NCBI GenBank assembly: GCA_963805625.1
Contig: CAWDVE010000010.1
Coordinates: 832,001 to 896,000 of the forward strand
Length of the DNA: 64,000 nt
From: an uncultured Candidatus Rokubacteria bacterium
GTDB lineage: Bacteria > Methylomirabilota > Methylomirabilia > Rokubacteriales > DASRDR01
Reading direction: 5' to 3'
In this document: positions 1 to 8,877 of the stretch, piece after piece
Position numbering within the stretch: position 1 is the stretch's first letter
How the letters are laid out: each line of letters starts with the position of its first letter
Program-made: the position numbers and the translations under genes
Notes under the pieces: model-generated
Told to the model about the DNA's origin: nothing
The model's input: the letters and a program-made list of their open reading frames with translations, nothing else
Databases searched by the model: none

Positions 1-792
1 GTGATCCTGTTCGTCGTCGTCCTGGCGAGCGTCTGCGCGCCGTTCCTGACGCCCTCGGACCCCGTACGCCCGAGCTTCGGCCAGCGTCTGAAGGCACCGT
101 GGGGGCTCGGCGGCACCTCCGCCCGCCCGCTCGGCGCCGACAATCTCGGGCGCGACATCTACGCCCGGCTCCTCTACGGCGGGCGGATGTCCCTCGTACT
201 GGCAACGAGCGCGGTCGTCCTGGCGACGGGCGTCGGGGTGCTCGTCGGGCTCCTGGCGGGATACCTGGGAGGCCGCCTCGACGATCTCGTGATGCGCCTC
301 GCCGACGTCCAGCTCACCTTTCCCGTCATCATGCTGGCGATCGCCATCGTGGCCGTCGTCGGGACGAGCCCGTTCGCCCTGGTCGGCGTCCTGGCCCTGT
401 CCGGATGGGTTCTCCACGCCCGAACCGTGCGCGCGAACGTGCTCACCATCCGCCACCTCGAGTACGTGGACGCGGCGTGGGCGCTCGGGGCGAGCCAGCT
501 CCGCGTCGTGTTCCGCCACGTGCTGCCGAACACCCTCGCGCCGATCCTCGTCATCGCGTCGAGCCAGTTCGCGACGATGGTGCTGCTGGAGTCCGGCCTG
601 TCGTTCCTCGGCATGGGGGTCCAACCGCCCCAGCCCTCCTGGGGCGGCATGCTCGCCGAGGGCCGAGACTATCTGTCGAACGCGTGGTGGCTCGCGACGG
701 TCCCGGGCGTCGCGATCTCCCTCGTCGTCCTGGGTGCGAACCTGCTCGGCGACGGGCTCCGCGACCTCCTCGACCCACACCTCCAGGCCTGA
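1..792 (+). CDS. Dpp/Opp-family ABC permease (DppC-like); 5' end probably upstream of the window
   Basis: LGADNLGRD, EYVDAAWALGA (EAA loop), HVLPN, LSFLGMG..PPQPSWG, NLLGDGLRDLLDP. Confidence 0.93.
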   Translation: MILFVVVLASVCAPFLTPSDPVRPSFGQRLKAPWGLGGTSARPLGADNLGRDIYARLLYGGRMSLVLATSAVVLATGVGVLVGLLAGYLGGRLDDLVMRLADVQLTFPVIMLAIAIVAVVGTSPFALVGVLALSGWVLHARTVRANVLTIRHLEYVDAAWALGASQLRVVFRHVLPNTLAPILVIASSQFATMVLLESGLSFLGMGVQPPQPSWGGMLAEGRDYLSNAWWLATVPGVAISLVVLGANLLGDGLRDLLDPHLQA

Positions 793-975
793 GGAGCCCG
801 CCGCACCTCGCCCTCGGCCAGGACGGCCAGGGGGATCGCCGGTCCGCTCCGGGTATCCGATACGTGACCGGTCCTGCATCAGGATCATGCCCGCCGATTC
901 CGGCTGACGGACGGCCTCCTCGGGCTATCATGGGGTAGTTCCGCCGCGAGCGGAGACTTCGCGAGACACTCGCAC

Positions 976-2322
976 GTGCGCGCTCTCAAGATCCTGGCTG
1001 TCATTCTCGTCGGGGCCGTCGCCCTGCTGGGCGGCGCCCTCTTCGTGCTCGCCCGCTACCTCGATTCGGAGGCGTTCCGCCGAGCGGCGATCGCCGCCGC
1101 CCAGGAGACTCTGGGCGCCTCCGTGACCGTGGGCGAGCTGCACGTCTCGCTTTTCTCGGGCGCCACCTTCCGCCAGGTCGTCGTGGGCAATCCCCCGGGC
1201 CTTCCAGGCGAGCTGCTGCGGGCCGAGGCCTTGGTCGTGCGCCCGCGGTTCCTGCCGCTCCTCCGACGGCGGCTCGAGATCGCGGAGGTACGCCTCGATG
1301 CTCCGACCGTCACCCTGGCCCGGAACGAGCACGGCGAGTGGAGCTTCGAGCGCCTGGTGTCCAGACCCCTAGCTTCACCTTCCACCGGGGGCTCGGCGGG
1401 CGGCGCGGAGGCGCCGGTGCCTGTCCCCGTCCCTCCCACCCTCGACGTCGTCGTGCCGCGCCTGGCGGTCAACCGGGGCACGCTCGTGGTCGCACGCGAG
1501 CGGAAGGGACCGCTCGTGGGGGCGAGTGGCATCGAGGTGACCACGTCGCTCTCTCGGGTCGGCGGCGCCCTGGCCGGTCAGGGACAGCTCACGGTCGCGT
1601 TGCTCCGACTCGCGGAGCGCGTCGAGGTCCGGGAGCTCACCGCCCCGCTCCAGTTCAGCGGCGGCGACCTCACCCTCGCGCCGCTCCGTGGTCAGCTCGC
1701 GGAGGGGACGCTGGGGGGCCAGGCCACCGTCCGTCTGACAGGGCCGACGCGCTATGCGATCTCGGTAGATCTCCGCAACGCCCGCACGGAGAGCCTCCTG
1801 GCCACTCTCGGCGGCCGGAGCCTGAGCGGCCGGCTCGAGGCACAGGCGAGCCTCACCGGCACCCCCGAGGGAACCACCGGGCACGGCCACGCGGAGATCC
1901 GAGACGGCCGGCTCCACGGCTTCCCGGTGCTCGGCGCCGTCGCCGCCGCGCTGGACCTGCCCCTCCTGCGCGATCTCCGGTTCCAGGAAGGCGCCATCGA
2001 CTTCGTGCTGGCCGGTGACGTGCTCCGGACGCCCGTGGTCCGCTTCGTCTCGGGTGACGTCAGGATCCTCGGCAAGGGCGAGATCCTGCTCCGGACCGGC
2101 GAGCTCGCCCACGAGTTCACGCTGCTGGTGCCCCCTGCCGCCGTGCGCCGCGCGCCGCGCGAGATGCGGGCGGCATTCACCCAGCGCGCCGACGGTCTCG
2201 CGGGCGTCGACTTCCGGGTCTGGGGACCCTACCGCTCGCTTCGAACCGACCTGCAGGATCGCGTCCTGAGCGGGTTCGCGGAGTCCCTCCTGCGGAAGGG
2301 GCTCAAGCAGTTCCTGCGCTAG
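976..2322 (+). CDS. AsmA-like family protein
   Basis: N-terminal TM anchor followed by a beta-rich body; VGNPPG, PLLRRRLEIAEVRLDAPTVTLARNEHGEWSF typical of the AsmA N-terminus. Confidence 0.75.
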   Translation: MRALKILAVILVGAVALLGGALFVLARYLDSEAFRRAAIAAAQETLGASVTVGELHVSLFSGATFRQVVVGNPPGLPGELLRAEALVVRPRFLPLLRRRLEIAEVRLDAPTVTLARNEHGEWSFERLVSRPLASPSTGGSAGGAEAPVPVPVPPTLDVVVPRLAVNRGTLVVARERKGPLVGASGIEVTTSLSRVGGALAGQGQLTVALLRLAERVEVRELTAPLQFSGGDLTLAPLRGQLAEGTLGGQATVRLTGPTRYAISVDLRNARTESLLATLGGRSLSGRLEAQASLTGTPEGTTGHGHAEIRDGRLHGFPVLGAVAAALDLPLLRDLRFQEGAIDFVLAGDVLRTPVVRFVSGDVRILGKGEILLRTGELAHEFTLLVPPAAVRRAPREMRAAFTQRADGLAGVDFRVWGPYRSLRTDLQDRVLSGFAESLLRKGLKQFLR

Positions 2323-2413
2323 CAGCGCCCGCGCGAGTGCCAGGCGCCGCGCGTGACGCGAATCGGCGCGGCGATTGTCCCGGTACGACCGCTCGGCTAT
2401 ATTGGCCTCCATC

Positions 2414-2800
2414 ATGACGCGGCAGCGCGTGTTCTGCGGATGGTGGGTCACCATCGCCTTCGCCGTCATGGTGTTCCTGTCGACCGGCGTGCGCTTCGCG
2501 GTCGGTCCGTTCCTGAAGCCCATCGTCACGGATCTCGGAACCGACCGCGCCACCTACTCGCTGATCGTCTCGCTGAGCCTCGTCCTCTACGGGGCGTTCA
2601 TGCCGTTCGTGGGCCGGCTTGTCGAACGCTGGGGCGCCCGCCCGGTCGCCGTGCTGGGGATCCTCGAGCTGACCGGCGGTTACGGTGCTGCGTTCGCGAT
2701 CGCGAGCGTCCAGCTCCTGATCGCCGCAGTCGTCAGCCTCACCATCAACGAAGCGGCGTGCGGCGTTGCCCGGCTCCGGGCAGCCGCCGCGGAGCGATAG
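2414..2800 (+). pseudogene. Internally deleted MFS transporter (first helices fused in frame to the last helix)
   Basis: 128 aa. MFS N-terminus (GWWV, GRLVERWGAR motif A) joins directly to an MFS C-terminal motif ELTGGYGAAF near 2657-2665. Confidence 0.7.
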
Positions 2801-2815
2801 GTCGGCGCGGCCGCC

Positions 2816-3109
2816 ATGGGCTTCGAGGTCGTCGTTCCCCGAGCTTCGTCCGTGGAGCTCGGAGCCCTTCTCGACCGGCTCGCCACCGCCGGGTTGCCCA
2901 GCACCCTGGCCATGGTCGACAACGTGCTCCAAGGCCCGGGCGCGACCCCTCCCGCCGTCTGGCGCGACGCCCGGCTCCGGACGCCCGCCGGCGTGGTGAC
3001 GCTCCGCCGGGTTCCGAGCGGCGTCGCCGTCGTGGTGTTCGGCAACGCGGACGAGCCGCTCCGCGCGGCCCAGCGCACGATCGCCGAGACACTCCTCGCC
3101 CTCCATTGA
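2816..3109 (+). CDS. Hypothetical protein (97 aa)
   Basis: ATG start, GC3-rich codons, globular-looking sequence (WRDARLRTPAGVVTLRR, FGNAD). Confidence 0.7.
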   Translation: MGFEVVVPRASSVELGALLDRLATAGLPSTLAMVDNVLQGPGATPPAVWRDARLRTPAGVVTLRRVPSGVAVVVFGNADEPLRAAQRTIAETLLALH

Positions 3110-3140
3110 ATCCGGCCACTCCTCGCCCGCAGGTCCGCCA

Positions 3141-3451
3141 GTGACAGCCGTCGACCCGGCCGCCACCTTCACCGTCGACCTCGACGCGCTCGGCGCCGTC
3201 GGCTCGGGTGTCCTGGAGGACGGGACCCGGAGCACATCGATGCCGTCGAGCGCGCGTTTCTCCGTAACGAGATGGCTCACCCGTACCTGGACGCGATCAG
3301 GAGCCGCCGCCTGAAGAATCTCTCGAGCCTCGCCTTCGGCGGTCCAGACCTCCGCACCGCATACCTCGGCTGCCTGCTCGGGGACAGCCTGGCGACTTTC
3401 CGGGCACCGGTGGCCGGACTGCCTCCCTCGCACTGGCACCTCGCGACGTGA
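3141..3451 (+). pseudogene. SMP-30/gluconolactonase-family remnant (internal deletion plus frameshift)
   Basis: MTAVDPAATFTVDLDALGAVGSGVLEDG, then after a frameshift near 3222 DPEHIDAVERAF..LSSLAFGGPDLRTAYLGCLLGDSLATFRAPVAGLPPSHW..*; stop overlaps the next GTG (GTGA). Confidence 0.72.
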
Positions 3452-4641
3452 CGCCCATGAGGATCACGGACGTCGAGGTCTACGTCGTCGATCCGACGCA
3501 GGGAGCCTCCACGTACAACGACGAGCCGCAGAACGTCTGGACCTTTGTCCGCGTCGTCACCGACGCCGGCGTCCACGGCTGGGGCGAGTCGACCAACTTC
3601 CCTGCCAACGGGAGCCTCATCATCGCCGACGCCATCCGCCACCTTAGGCCCTGGATGGTCGGGCAGGACCCGGCCGACATCACGGCGATGTGGCACCGGC
3701 TCTTCCGCAAGGCGACGTACCTCGGCCCGCGCGGCCTGCCCACCGCGGTGGTGAGCGGGATCGACATCGCGCTCTGGGACATCAAGGGCAAGGTCACCGG
3801 CCGGCCGGTGTACGACCTCCTCGGCGGCAAGGTACGCGACGACGTGCCGCTCTACGCGAACGGCTGGTTCGCCGCCCTGGACGGCCACCCCGCCTGCGCG
3901 ACACCGGCGGAATACGCGGCCGCCGCCCGGCGTGTCGTGGCCCAGGGACACGCCGCGATCAAGCTCGACCCGTTCCACGAGATGATCCCGTACCACACGG
4001 GCTACCTCGCGGGGCAGATCACCACCGCCGGCGAGGAGTTCGGCGTGGCGTGCGTGGCCGCGATTCGCGAGGCGGTCGGTCCCGGGGTCGAGATCCTGAT
4101 CGACGCGCACGGCCACTACAACGTGCCGACCGCCGTCCGGCTCGCCCGGCGACTCGAGCCCTACCGCATTGGCTGGTTCGAGGAGCCCACGCCGCCCGAG
4201 AGCCTGGAGGCGCTCCGCGCCGTGCGAGAGCAGGTCTCGGTGCCGATCTGCGTGGGCGAGCGCCTCTACACTCGGTGGGACTTCCTGCCGGTGCTCGCCG
4301 GACGGCTCGCGGACTACTTGATGCCCGACGTCGTCTGGACAGGCGGGATCAGCGAGATGATGCGCATCGCCGCGCTGGCCGAGACGTACCAGGTGCCGGT
4401 GACACCCCACAACGCGATGGGCCCGCTCCAGGTGGTCGCCGGCGCCCACGCGATGCTCGCGGTACCGAACTTCTACCGGCTCGAGCACAACGTGGCGAAC
4501 GTGCCCTGGTACAACCGCTGCCTCGACCGTCCGCTCGACCTTCGCGGCGACCGGCTCCACCTGTCACAGCGGCCCGGGCTGGGTGTCGAGCTCGACGCGG
4601 CGTTCCTCCAGGGCCATCGCGCCCGCGGCTGGCCGGGGTAG
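3448..4641 (+). CDS. Mandelate racemase/galactonate dehydratase-like enolase-superfamily enzyme
   Basis: SGIDIALWDIKGK, KLDP, DAHG, WFEEP, VGERL, PHN motifs; alternative start ATG 3457. Confidence 0.92.
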   Translation: MTPMRITDVEVYVVDPTQGASTYNDEPQNVWTFVRVVTDAGVHGWGESTNFPANGSLIIADAIRHLRPWMVGQDPADITAMWHRLFRKATYLGPRGLPTAVVSGIDIALWDIKGKVTGRPVYDLLGGKVRDDVPLYANGWFAALDGHPACATPAEYAAAARRVVAQGHAAIKLDPFHEMIPYHTGYLAGQITTAGEEFGVACVAAIREAVGPGVEILIDAHGHYNVPTAVRLARRLEPYRIGWFEEPTPPESLEALRAVREQVSVPICVGERLYTRWDFLPVLAGRLADYLMPDVVWTGGISEMMRIAALAETYQVPVTPHNAMGPLQVVAGAHAMLAVPNFYRLEHNVANVPWYNRCLDRPLDLRGDRLHLSQRPGLGVELDAAFLQGHRARGWPG

Positions 4642-4706
4642 CCGAGCCGGGGACCGCCGATGCAGATCCGAGCCAGCCGTCGTGGACGGAGAAGGGGATC
4701 CCGGCC

Positions 4707-5522
4707 GTGATCGCCGACCGGGGTTATGTGCACGGCTACTCGGACCGCGAGAAGGACCGGCTCATCGATCAGGCCACCACCCTGACGGAGCTCCTGCACT
4801 CGGACACGTATTACCCGCCGGGCCACATGGTGCTCGAGGCTGGATGCGGCGTCGGAGCCCAGAGCGTCGCACTGGCCAGCCGAAGTCCCGACGCCCTGAT
4901 CGTGTCCGTCGACATCTCCGCTGATTCATTGTCTGCCGCGGAGGAGCGGGTGCGGGCCGCCGGGATCCACAACATCACATTCCAGCAGGCGGACATATAC
5001 GCGCTGCCCTTCTCCCCCGCGAGCTTCGACCACGTATTCGTCTGCTTCGTGCTTGAGCATCTCGCATCGCCAGGCCAGGCGCTTGCGTGCCTCAAGAGCG
5101 TCCTCAAGCGTGGCGGTACCCTCACGGTCATAGAAGGCGACCACGGCTCGACGTACTTCCATCCGGAGAGCCCCTACGCGCGGAAGGCCATCCAGTGCCT
5201 TATCGACCTGCAGGCACACGCCGGGGGCAACTCGCTGATCGGGCGGTCCTTGTACCCGCTCCTCATGCATGCCGGCTTCGAGGGCGTGACGGTGTCCCCA
5301 CGCATGGTCTACGCGGATGCCAGTCGACCGCAGATGGTCGATGGCTTCACGAAGAAGACGTTCACGGCGATGGTCGAGGCCGTCCGCGAGCGCGCGCTGG
5401 CCGCCAAGCTGATCGACGAGCACACCTGGACGCTGGGGATCCGCGACCTGTACCGGACCTCGGAGCCCGACGGCACGTTCTGCTATACGTTCTTCAAGGC
5501 CGTGGCACGACGGCCGGACTAG
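4707..5522 (+). CDS. Class I SAM-dependent methyltransferase
   Basis: VLEAGCGVG motif I, VDIS, FDHVFVCFVLEHL, LKRGG; GTG start after a GAAGGGG SD-like sequence. Confidence 0.9.
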   Translation: MIADRGYVHGYSDREKDRLIDQATTLTELLHSDTYYPPGHMVLEAGCGVGAQSVALASRSPDALIVSVDISADSLSAAEERVRAAGIHNITFQQADIYALPFSPASFDHVFVCFVLEHLASPGQALACLKSVLKRGGTLTVIEGDHGSTYFHPESPYARKAIQCLIDLQAHAGGNSLIGRSLYPLLMHAGFEGVTVSPRMVYADASRPQMVDGFTKKTFTAMVEAVRERALAAKLIDEHTWTLGIRDLYRTSEPDGTFCYTFFKAVARRPD

Positions 5523-5820
5523 CCGTTCGAGCGACGGCGGCAGGGACCTGATGAAGTACGCCGTCCTCGATGACTTCCGCTGGAACGGGCGATAGGACCG
5601 ATTGGGTGGTGACCCTTCGTCGGCTGTCGACCGCAGGCCTCCTACTTCTCTGGGGATTCCTTGGCGTTGGTGCAGCTCACGCCCAAGAAGGCGCGGCCCT
5701 CGAGCCACACGATTCCGCCTGGTAGCGACCTCGCGGTGACCGTCGAGCTCCAGAAGTGGCGCCCTCGTGGGAGAGCTGGCGGGCAGGCGACTATCGCGTG
5801 GTTCTGGAGCTCCGCAAAGC

Positions 5821-6879
5821 CTAGCCTGCCCCCGCGGGAAGCTGCACGTCCCGACCGCTTGCGCTCGCCCGTTGGGCCGCCTCCAGAACCTCCTGGACAT
5901 CCCGCCCCACGTCGGGGGCGCAGAGGCCCTCGACGGCGCGGCCGGCTCGGAGACACGTCAAGAAATACGTCGGTCCGTCGCGCTCGGCGCTCGGGAGGGG
6001 CGGCGGCTGGAGGATCTCGCTCCCGGTGGCGAAGACGACCTGCACCCGCCCCGGTCCGACCGCCTGGCCTTCGCGGGTCGCCCGTGGCTGGTGGACGATG
6101 AGCGTCCCGGCATCGCCGTAGACGACCATCCCGAGGGCCGGCTCGTCGCCGATCTGGGTCCAGCTCGCCTCGAGGAGGGCAACCGCCCGCGAATAGCGCA
6201 GGACGACCACCGCGGTGTCCTCGGCCCGGAGGCCCGGCTTCCGGAGCCGCGCTGTCACCGCCGTCACTGCGCGGGGTCGCCCGAGAAGGACGCGAGCGAG
6301 CACGGCGCCATAGCCGCAGTAGTCCACAAGGGCGCCACCGCCGTTCCGGGCTGGGTCGTAGAGCCACGCCGAGAACTCCGGCGAGCAGCCGAACTCCCGC
6401 GGACCGGCGTGCCCTCCCCGGTGACTGAGCTGCACGGGCTCCCCCACACGCCCCGCCAGCGCGAGGGAGAGCCCGTGGCGAAGGGCAGGCCGCCAGGCCG
6501 TCGGCCAGTTGACCATGAGGGGCAGCCCGCTGGCACGCGCGGCGGCGAGCAGGGCCTCCGCGCCCGCCAGATCCGCGGCCATGGGCTTCTCGACTAGCAC
6601 CGGGAGGCCACGCCCAAGCGCCCGCACTCCGAGCTCGGCGGCGGAACGGTTATCGGCAAAGATCAGGACCGCGTCCAGATCGGAGCGCTCGAGGAGCGCG
6701 TCGTAGGTGGGATGAAGGGCCACGCCCGCGTGCTCGCGGCCCAGATGGTCCCGGAGCCTTGGCGACGGCTCGGCGACCGCGACCAGCTGGCCGAGCCCGC
6801 CGGTGGCGACCGCGGCAAGGTTGCGCCAGACGTGGTCGTGGCTCAGTCCGAGGACGCCGACCCGAAACCGCGCGGTCAT
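5821..6879 (-). CDS. Gfo/Idh/MocA family oxidoreductase
   Basis: VGVLGLSHDH, VLVEKPMA, GGGALVDYCGY. Confidence 0.9.
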   Translation of the reverse strand: MTARFRVGVLGLSHDHVWRNLAAVATGGLGQLVAVAEPSPRLRDHLGREHAGVALHPTYDALLERSDLDAVLIFADNRSAAELGVRALGRGLPVLVEKPMAADLAGAEALLAAARASGLPLMVNWPTAWRPALRHGLSLALAGRVGEPVQLSHRGGHAGPREFGCSPEFSAWLYDPARNGGGALVDYCGYGAVLARVLLGRPRAVTAVTARLRKPGLRAEDTAVVVLRYSRAVALLEASWTQIGDEPALGMVVYGDAGTLIVHQPRATREGQAVGPGRVQVVFATGSEILQPPPLPSAERDGPTYFLTCLRAGRAVEGLCAPDVGRDVQEVLEAAQRASASGRDVQLPAGAG

Positions 6880-6895
6880 GCGACACCCCCGGCCG

Positions 6896-7726
6896 TCAGG
6901 CCGGCCAGGTCTGATCGCCGCCGTCGACCCGCAGCACTTGGCCCGACACGTGGCGCCCCGCGTCCGTCACGAAGTACGCCACGGCGTGGGCGATGTCCTC
7001 CGGCCGCCCGTAGCCCTGGAGCGTGCCCACGTGCTCCACGACCCCGGCCTTCGCCTGCCCCGTCGCGACGAAACGAGGCGTCATCGTGCCGCCCGGCGCC
7101 ACGCAGTTGACCGTGACGTTGTAGGGCCGGAGTTGCACGGCGAGGCAGCGCGTGTACTCGTGCACGGCCGCCTTCGCCGTCGCGTACATCACGCCTTCGG
7201 CCCGGCCGCTCAGACCCGCCACACTCCCGAGGTTGACGATGCGCCCCGCCCGCCGCTCGATCATCCCGGGTGCGACCTCCCGGCAGACGTAGATGCACGA
7301 GAGGAGGTTCCGGTCGATCACCGCGCGGAGGTCCTCGAGCGCGATGAACACGCCGTCGTTGTTCGGAGGCCGCCCGCCGCCCGGCCCGGTCGCCCCGGCG
7401 GGGCCGATGTCACCGCCCGCGTTGTTGACCAGGATGTCGATCCGGCCGTACTCGGCGCGGATCCGGGCGGCCGCCGCCTGGACCGCCTCGGGCCGCGTCA
7501 GGTCGGCGGCCACGGCCAGGACGCGCCGGCGCGTGCGTGCCGCCACGTCACGCGCCACCTGGTCGAGGGACTCACCCTCGCCGAAGGCGCGCGCCGACGT
7601 CTGGGTCGTGCCGTGCACGACGAGGTCGGCGCCGAGACGGCCGAGGTGCTCGGCCATCACGCGGCCGAGGCCGCGAGACGACCCCGTCACCCACGCGACC
7701 TGACCCGCCAGAGATGTGTCCGTCAT
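6896..7726 (-). CDS. SDR family oxidoreductase
   Basis: TGSSRGLG, NNAGG, YATAK, VDGG. Confidence 0.93.
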   Translation of the reverse strand: MTDTSLAGQVAWVTGSSRGLGRVMAEHLGRLGADLVVHGTTQTSARAFGEGESLDQVARDVAARTRRRVLAVAADLTRPEAVQAAAARIRAEYGRIDILVNNAGGDIGPAGATGPGGGRPPNNDGVFIALEDLRAVIDRNLLSCIYVCREVAPGMIERRAGRIVNLGSVAGLSGRAEGVMYATAKAAVHEYTRCLAVQLRPYNVTVNCVAPGGTMTPRFVATGQAKAGVVEHVGTLQGYGRPEDIAHAVAYFVTDAGRHVSGQVLRVDGGDQTWPA

Positions 7727-7742
7727 GATCTCGATCCCTCTC

Positions 7743-8843
7743 CTACGGCACGACCAGGCGGCCGTGCTCGATGACCTGACGCCCGTTGGCTCGCACCGTG
7801 GCGTCGGTCAGAAAGAACCACTGGTGGTAGCTCGACCGGTAGGGACCGCCCGACTCCGCGTTGTCCCCCACGCTCACGCGGATCACCCCTGCCCCGTAGC
7901 CGTAGTAGGGAATCGCCGGCAGCCCGGGTAGCACCGCAAGCTTGGGGTTGACGCCGACGTTGAACTCGCCGAAGCGGTCGCGCTCGCCGGACTGGGTCTG
8001 CCACACCGCCTCGAGCCAGGCGCTGTGGTGCTGGCTGGTGAGCCGGGTGATGCGGTTCTCCGAGAACTCCAGCCGCACGCTCCCGACCTGGCGTCCCGCG
8101 AAGGTCTCGGCCGGGGTCACCAGGACACCCTCGGTCCGCTGGATGTCGACCGTCCGGATTGCCCCCGCGGGCAACTCGACCTCGCGGTCCCGGGCGCTGC
8201 CTGGTCGCGCGTAGCCATCGATGAACGCCTTCGAGGCGTCGCCGTTGCCCAGATGGAAGTGCGCCCCGCGAAGCTCAAACCGGAGGCGCGTCCCCCGCGG
8301 GTCCGTCACCTCGATCTCGCTGTCCTGGAGCACCTGCGCCACGCGCCGCTGGTGCGCCGTGAGGGCGGCGTAGTCGATCCAGAGCGCGGCGTCGTAGAGT
8401 TCCGACAGGCGCCGGAAGAGGCCGGCGTCCATCGACACGTCCATGATCCAGTGGAAGTGGACCGCCCGCCCCGGCCAGGTCTTGATGATCTCCTCGGTCT
8501 GCCAGACGTTGTACGCCCAGCTTGTCGGAAGCCAGATGTAGACGTCGGCCAGCGCGAAGAGCGCCGAAATCGTCCGATCCTCCATCACCCGCGAGGCCGG
8601 ATCCTCCCGGCGCCGCAGCTCCTTCCTGGCCCGCTCGAGACCAGGCGGGTGGAGCATGTGGACCGCCACCTCCACCGCCCCCGCCCGGTTGACCTCGATC
8701 CGCACGGCCTCGGTGAGCGCGGGGAAGTATGTGGGATCGGCGTGGATCAGCACGCGCTCGCCCGGCGCCATCCGGAGCGCGTCGTGGACGATCAGCTGCG
8801 CGACACGCGTCCAGTCCGTCTGGTAGTCGTACGGAATCCCCAT
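7743..8843 (-). CDS. Divergent aminopeptidase T (M29)/NicX-like protein
   Basis: PGERVLI, GTRLRF, ELPAG, GEFNVGVNP, GDNAESGG layout. Confidence 0.65.
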   Translation of the reverse strand: MGIPYDYQTDWTRVAQLIVHDALRMAPGERVLIHADPTYFPALTEAVRIEVNRAGAVEVAVHMLHPPGLERARKELRRREDPASRVMEDRTISALFALADVYIWLPTSWAYNVWQTEEIIKTWPGRAVHFHWIMDVSMDAGLFRRLSELYDAALWIDYAALTAHQRRVAQVLQDSEIEVTDPRGTRLRFELRGAHFHLGNGDASKAFIDGYARPGSARDREVELPAGAIRTVDIQRTEGVLVTPAETFAGRQVGSVRLEFSENRITRLTSQHHSAWLEAVWQTQSGERDRFGEFNVGVNPKLAVLPGLPAIPYYGYGAGVIRVSVGDNAESGGPYRSSYHQWFFLTDATVRANGRQVIEHGRLVVP

Positions 8844-8851
8844 GGCGCCGG

Positions 8852-8877
8852 AAAGCCCTACGTAAAAGCCCTACGTA
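8852..8877. repeat. 13-bp tandem duplication spanning the kynU stop codon
   Basis: AAAGCCCTACGTA at 8852-8864 and 8865-8877. Confidence 0.85.

Noticed and set aside
4631-5525. Target-site duplication around the methyltransferase (GGCCGGGGTAGCCG / GGCCGGACTAGCCG)
   Set aside because: Only 12/14 identity in GC-rich DNA and anchored on stop codons; compatible with chance.
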